From: Chloropicon primus
Lineage: Eukaryota
Assembly (NCBI GenBank): GCA_023205875.1
Contig: CP060754.1
Location: 62,001 to 126,000, forward strand
DNA: 64,000 bases
Direction: 5' to 3'
The notes under the pieces are model-generated. The model did not search any database, had not been told where the DNA came from, and saw nothing but the letters and a program-made list of their open reading frames with translations. Shown piece after piece: positions 59,990 to 64,000 of this stretch (its first letter is position 1; each line of letters starts with the position of its first letter). Position numbers and translations under genes: made by a program.

Positions 59990-60879
59990 ATGGAGGCCAG
60001 GGTCGAGAAAGGGTTGTTGGAGAGGCTGGAGCTCGAGCCAATCGAAGGGTAAGACATGGGGAAGGGAGGGACTCGAAGGGACTTGACTCGACTGACGGAG
60101 AGTCCCGCTCGTTCTCTCTCTTTTTTCATTGGGGCGGCGGTGGTGGTGGTGGTGTAGGATCGAGGCCAAGGCCGAGAGGCACATGGCCTTGTGCTACTCT
60201 CAGATGGCTCGATTCACTCCTGGCAAGTACTTGGATGCTGCGCTGGGAATGACGGAGTCTGCGTACAGGGGAACCATATTTCCTGAAGGGGACCACACCC
60301 TCGAGGCGCTGGACGCCAAGGCGGAGCGAATCCCAAAGCTGTACCCCACGAAGGATGGGTTCAAGACCGTCACCCACAGCTTCGTGTCGGGTCCGAGTGC
60401 CGCACTTCACAGGGGAACGGATATTGTTTACTACTACGAACGGGAGAGACCCAAGGGGATCACGGGAGCCGTGCGATTCGGCCTCAAGGCTGCCAGCATA
60501 GTCCTTCCCGAGTATGAATACGCGACGTAAGTGAAGTGGTTGGTTTGCGATCATTGCGAGCCTCGCTGACTCTTTGCTCTCGTTCGCTGCCAGTGCCGCT
60601 CACGGTGGGGCCGTGGAAGCCGTCCTGGATGATTTAACTGGGACAGTGGTTAGACACTGCCAATCCGTGTGGATGGCCACGAGCGAGTTCACAGCCAAGT
60701 TGAAGAAGCCCTGCCCCATCGACAAGACGATGACGTTCGAGGGTTGGGTCGACAGCGTGGAGAAAAGAGGTTTGTACTGCATCGCCAAGGCGAAGATCCT
60801 CTGTGGCGGAGTCGTCATCGCAACCGCCGAGGCAAAGATGGTCGACACGGTCGTGCTCGCCCAACTCATGAAGAGGTAG
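59990..60879 (+). CDS. Hotdog-fold acyl-CoA thioesterase (PaaI/THEM4-like); exons 59990-60048, 60158-60526 and 60594-60879
   Basis: HSFVSG and AHGGAVEAVLDD motifs; two introns GTAAGA...TAG and GTAAGT...CAG, each with a CTGAC branch, keep the frame. Confidence 0.8.
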
Positions 60880-60965
60880 CCTCGCCCGCCCCATTCCAAA
60901 AAAATGTATTATAATACACAACAAATAATTTTTTTTTCTACTCGACGACGACGACGACGACGTAC

Positions 60966-62420
60966 TCATCTATATTTCGAGAAGTAAGACTCCGTGCCAG
61001 ACTTGCTCGCGTCGTCCGTCTTGGCCTGATTTCTCGCCAGGGGGTTGACCAGCTCGATCCCTTGGACTGGCGTGAAGGCGATTGAGGAGGACAAGCCCGA
61101 CGTGGACGCCCCGCTCCCCCGGAAGGATCTCTGAGCTTCGAGCTTCTTCTGCATCGCTTTTGAGATCTTCTGCTTCCTGTTGGACACCTGCAATCTCAGC
61201 TTGCCCATGCCTCCCGCGCCGCCCTGTCCGATCAATCCCAGGCCCACGCTGTCCTCCCCGTCCATGATCTCCTCCTCCGCCTTGTTGAAGTTCACCCTGT
61301 TCTGCGCCCTCCTGAGATCTGTCATGCCGTACCTCTCCTTCATCTTCCTCAGCCTGCGCCCCCCCCTCTTCTTCTTCGGCCCGGAATCCGGGATCGCCAA
61401 AGGCTTGATGATTCTGGCGGGCGGGGGCTCCTGCCACTTGTCGATCTTTTTCTGGATCTCCTGCTTCATCCTCTCCCCCGCGGAGCCCGAGGGGTCCTCC
61501 CCGTACGCGTCCACCCTCGCCAAAAGAGCGCACTTGCCGGCCAGGAGCTTGCAGGCCTTCTTCCTCAGGAAGGGCGGGCAGCCGTTGATCAAGGGCGAGT
61601 CGGCGATGATCCCCCGGTGCTGATAATTCGTCGAGGAAGAGAAGCCCGCGAGGTCGGTCTTCTTCGACCCCAAGACCTGGATGTTGCACGCTGGAATCTT
61701 GGAGAGGTTCGTCAGGCCCCCGGCCAGGCCCACGAGTCTCGAGGCGCACTCCGACCCCAAAACGACCGACAAGTTCGGCGCCGTCTTCCCCATCCTCTGC
61801 TCCACGAACTTGAGCAGTTTCTTCTTGTCCTCGACGAACTTCAGGACGAGATCGCACACTCTGAGGAGGTCCTGGAGGTCCTGGTCACCGAGCGGCGCCC
61901 CCGCGGAGGTCGAGGCCGTGACGGAGACGACCATGATCGTCGCGGAGGGAAGAAGCCCTTCCAGGTTCACCTCCGTCAGGTCCGAGGCATTCCCAAGCTT
62001 CTTCACCACGCGAGCGTAGTCCACCGGGTGCTGGACAAGCGTCTCGAGCTCCGGGAACCTCCTCTTGTACACCTCCTTCGAGTACAGGTGAAGCTCGTGG
62101 ATCTCCGCGTCTATCTGGGAGACGAGCGAGTTCAGCTCCTGTACGAGCTCGTCCGCACCCCCGGCCCCCGCACTGGTGTACCCGCCCTCCTCCTCCGACC
62201 CCCCCCGGTCGACCAGCTCCAGCAGCTCCTTGTACCTCTCGCTAGACGCGAGCTTGGACTCCGCCGTCCTGCCGTGGCTCCGCACTCCCATCGCTCCCGC
62301 GACCTTGGCATGACTCTCCTGATGCGTCTCCTTTCTCTCCCCCTGCAGTCCTTGCCCCCCCCCCTCCTCCCCGTCCGAGGACAAGTCCTCCAGGTCCGCC
62401 ATAAACGTTTCCAGCGCCAT
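60966..62420 (-). CDS. PRPF31: U4/U6.U5 pre-mRNA-splicing factor Prp31
   Basis: RFPELETLV, ATIMVVSVTAST, APNLS, KIPACNIQVLG, KKRGGRRLRKMKERY, SGLSSSIAFTPVQGIEL. Confidence 0.98.
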   Translation of the reverse strand: MALETFMADLEDLSSDGEEGGGQGLQGERKETHQESHAKVAGAMGVRSHGRTAESKLASSERYKELLELVDRGGSEEEGGYTSAGAGGADELVQELNSLVSQIDAEIHELHLYSKEVYKRRFPELETLVQHPVDYARVVKKLGNASDLTEVNLEGLLPSATIMVVSVTASTSAGAPLGDQDLQDLLRVCDLVLKFVEDKKKLLKFVEQRMGKTAPNLSVVLGSECASRLVGLAGGLTNLSKIPACNIQVLGSKKTDLAGFSSSTNYQHRGIIADSPLINGCPPFLRKKACKLLAGKCALLARVDAYGEDPSGSAGERMKQEIQKKIDKWQEPPPARIIKPLAIPDSGPKKKRGGRRLRKMKERYGMTDLRRAQNRVNFNKAEEEIMDGEDSVGLGLIGQGGAGGMGKLRLQVSNRKQKISKAMQKKLEAQRSFRGSGASTSGLSSSIAFTPVQGIELVNPLARNQAKTDDASKSGTESYFSKYR

Positions 62421-62669
62421 CTCTCCCTCCCTCCTCCCTCCAACTCCAACCCCAAGCCAACCCTCCCACTAAACAAACACCTCTCCCTCTCCCTCTCTCC
62501 CTCTCTCCTCTCTCTCTCCCTCTCCCTCTCTCTCTCTCCCTCTCTCTCAAGCGTTTGCGTTTGTGGTTGAGAAAAGGAGAGCAGACTTGTGCTTGGCCAG
62601 GAGAGGGAGAGGAGAGGAGAGGAGAGGAGGGGAGGAGGGGAAGGACGGGAGGAAGACAAGAGGTGCAGG

Positions 62670-64000
62670 ATGAAGGGAAAGTGCGTGGGGGTGGGGAGGG
62701 GGGAGAGGGCAGCGGTGACGGTGACGGCGACCAGGAACAGGGGAGGGAGGACGAGAGGAAAGAGGGGGGCTCAGGGGGTGGTGAGAGCGAGAGGGGAGGA
62801 GGACGAGAGGAACGAGGGGGGGGAGGGGACCTCGCCTGTGCCAGGGGCGGGGCTCGGGTCGAGGGGATCCAGGAGCAGAGGCAGCAGGATTCGGCGGGGG
62901 GACATCCCGGACCCGGTCCTCCGGAGGCGGAAGGCGGAGCGCCAACAGGGGGAGGAGGCCAAGGCCGAGACGGATGGCTTGTTGGATTCCGTGGACCCCG
63001 TCTCTCTCGGAAGGCGGGCCCGCAAGGAGGTCGACCAGGCTTGGAGGAACTTCACGAGGTTGGGTCAGTTCGCCTCCACGTCCTTGCAAGAGTACGAGGC
63101 TTCCGTGGAGCGCCTTGAGACCGACATGGTCGGGCTGGAGGGCACGGGGTACGAGGTTCCCCAGGCGTTGGACACCCGCGTGCTCGTCGTGGGGGGCACG
63201 GGCCAGGTCGGGCGCGTCGTCCTGAACAAGCTCCTGCTTCGTGGGTACACGGTGAGGGCCCTGGTCACGAACCTGTCGGACGAGATATTGGAGAACTTCC
63301 CGCCCTCGGTGGAGCTCGTCAAGGGCGACGTTTCTGTCAAGACGGAGGCCCTGGACGCGACCAGGGACTGCGACAAGGTCATCTTCTGCGCGCGGGCGAG
63401 GACGAACCTCCTCGCGGACGTCACGAGGGTCGAGAACGAGGGGGTGAAGAACTTGGTGACGGCCATGCTCCACCACAAGAATGAGGAGAATACCGTCGCG
63501 GCAGCGGCTGGGGACCAGGCCCCGACGAGGAAGAACAAGATTGTTTTGTTCAAGTACCAGAATTACAAGAAAACTGGCAAGTTTGGTGAGTGGAGCGTCG
63601 AGAGTCAGGGCGACAACCTCGCCAAGGACTTTGGGTACATCGGCACGTCTGCGAAGCCCAAGATCACGGTGCAGATGCCCAACGAGGAGAACAAGAGCTT
63701 TCTGTTTGAGGGACTGAACACGGACTACGCGGAGACGACCTCGAAGATCAAGCTCCCAGAGGGCGTGTCGCTCAGAAGCTGCGAGGGCTTGGTTCTGAAC
63801 TGCCACGGGAACGGCAAAAAGTTCGCGGTGGTGCTGTACACCGAGGACAGCGAGGGGAGGCACGGGTACATCTCCGAGTTCAGCACACTGGGGACGGGGT
63901 TCTGCACCAGGAGGATTCCTTTCTCTGCCTTCACGAGGCTGAACGCGGACCAGCCGCCCTTGAACCTGAACGACGTCAAGGACTTTGGCCTGAGATATCG
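62670..64000 (+). CDS. HCF173: HCF173-like plastid atypical SDR/CIA30 protein (psbA translation factor); runs off the window
   Basis: Manual translation from ATG 62670 (absent from the ORF track because it is open-ended): transit peptide, LDSVDPVSLGRRARKEVDQAWRNFTRLGQ, VLVVGGTGQVGRVVLNKLLLRGYTVRAL, then a CIA30-like region. Confidence 0.88.
   Translation, partial: MKGKCVGVGRGERAAVTVTATRNRGGRTRGKRGAQGVVRARGEEDERNEGGEGTSPVPGAGLGSRGSRSRGSRIRRGDIPDPVLRRRKAERQQGEEAKAETDGLLDSVDPVSLGRRARKEVDQAWRNFTRLGQFASTSLQEYEASVERLETDMVGLEGTGYEVPQALDTRVLVVGGTGQVGRVVLNKLLLRGYTVRALVTNLSDEILENFPPSVELVKGDVSVKTEALDATRDCDKVIFCARARTNLLADVTRVENEGVKNLVTAMLHHKNEENTVAAAAGDQAPTRKNKIVLFKYQNYKKTGKFGEWSVESQGDNLAKDFGYIGTSAKPKITVQMPNEENKSFLFEGLNTDYAETTSKIKLPEGVSLRSCEGLVLNCHGNGKKFAVVLYTEDSEGRHGYISEFSTLGTGFCTRRIPFSAFTRLNADQPPLNLNDVKDFGLRY

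Noticed and set aside
1..64000. Transposons, viral core genes, tRNAs
   Set aside because: No transposase, reverse transcriptase, integrase, capsid or tRNA cloverleaf was recognised by eye; a tRNAscan-SE or repeat search was not run.

Overview
This is a gene-dense, GC-rich eukaryotic nuclear window from a compact green-algal genome. The nuclear psbO, LHCII and HCF173 genes, short GT-AG introns, TGTAA poly(A) signals and SSR-rich intergenic DNA support this. The style suggests a picoplanktonic chlorophyte such as Chloropicon, which is inference only. About 34 protein-coding genes are recognisable, mostly housekeeping or plastid genes and often in head-to-head pairs, plus one intact solitary 5S rRNA gene (21097-21216). 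The most unusual region is 21.3-25.6 kb: a tandem cluster of F-box-like plus 29-aa ankyrin-like repeat genes (two intact, one relic) directly downstream of the 5S gene. Their repeats have a near-invariant scaffold, hypervariable columns and signs of repeat shuffling, making them a candidate diversified-receptor system. Other notable items: an unannotated spliced minus-strand locus at 46.4-47.0 kb whose intron is closed by a 14-bp stem and contains hairpins (candidate intronic ncRNA); an RPA70 lacking all four zinc-finger cysteines; a TPR-PRMT whose intact catalytic module is the C-terminal one; and a divergent LHCII pair with a likely gene-conversion tract. All calls come from manual motif recognition. 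No database searches or folding programs were run.
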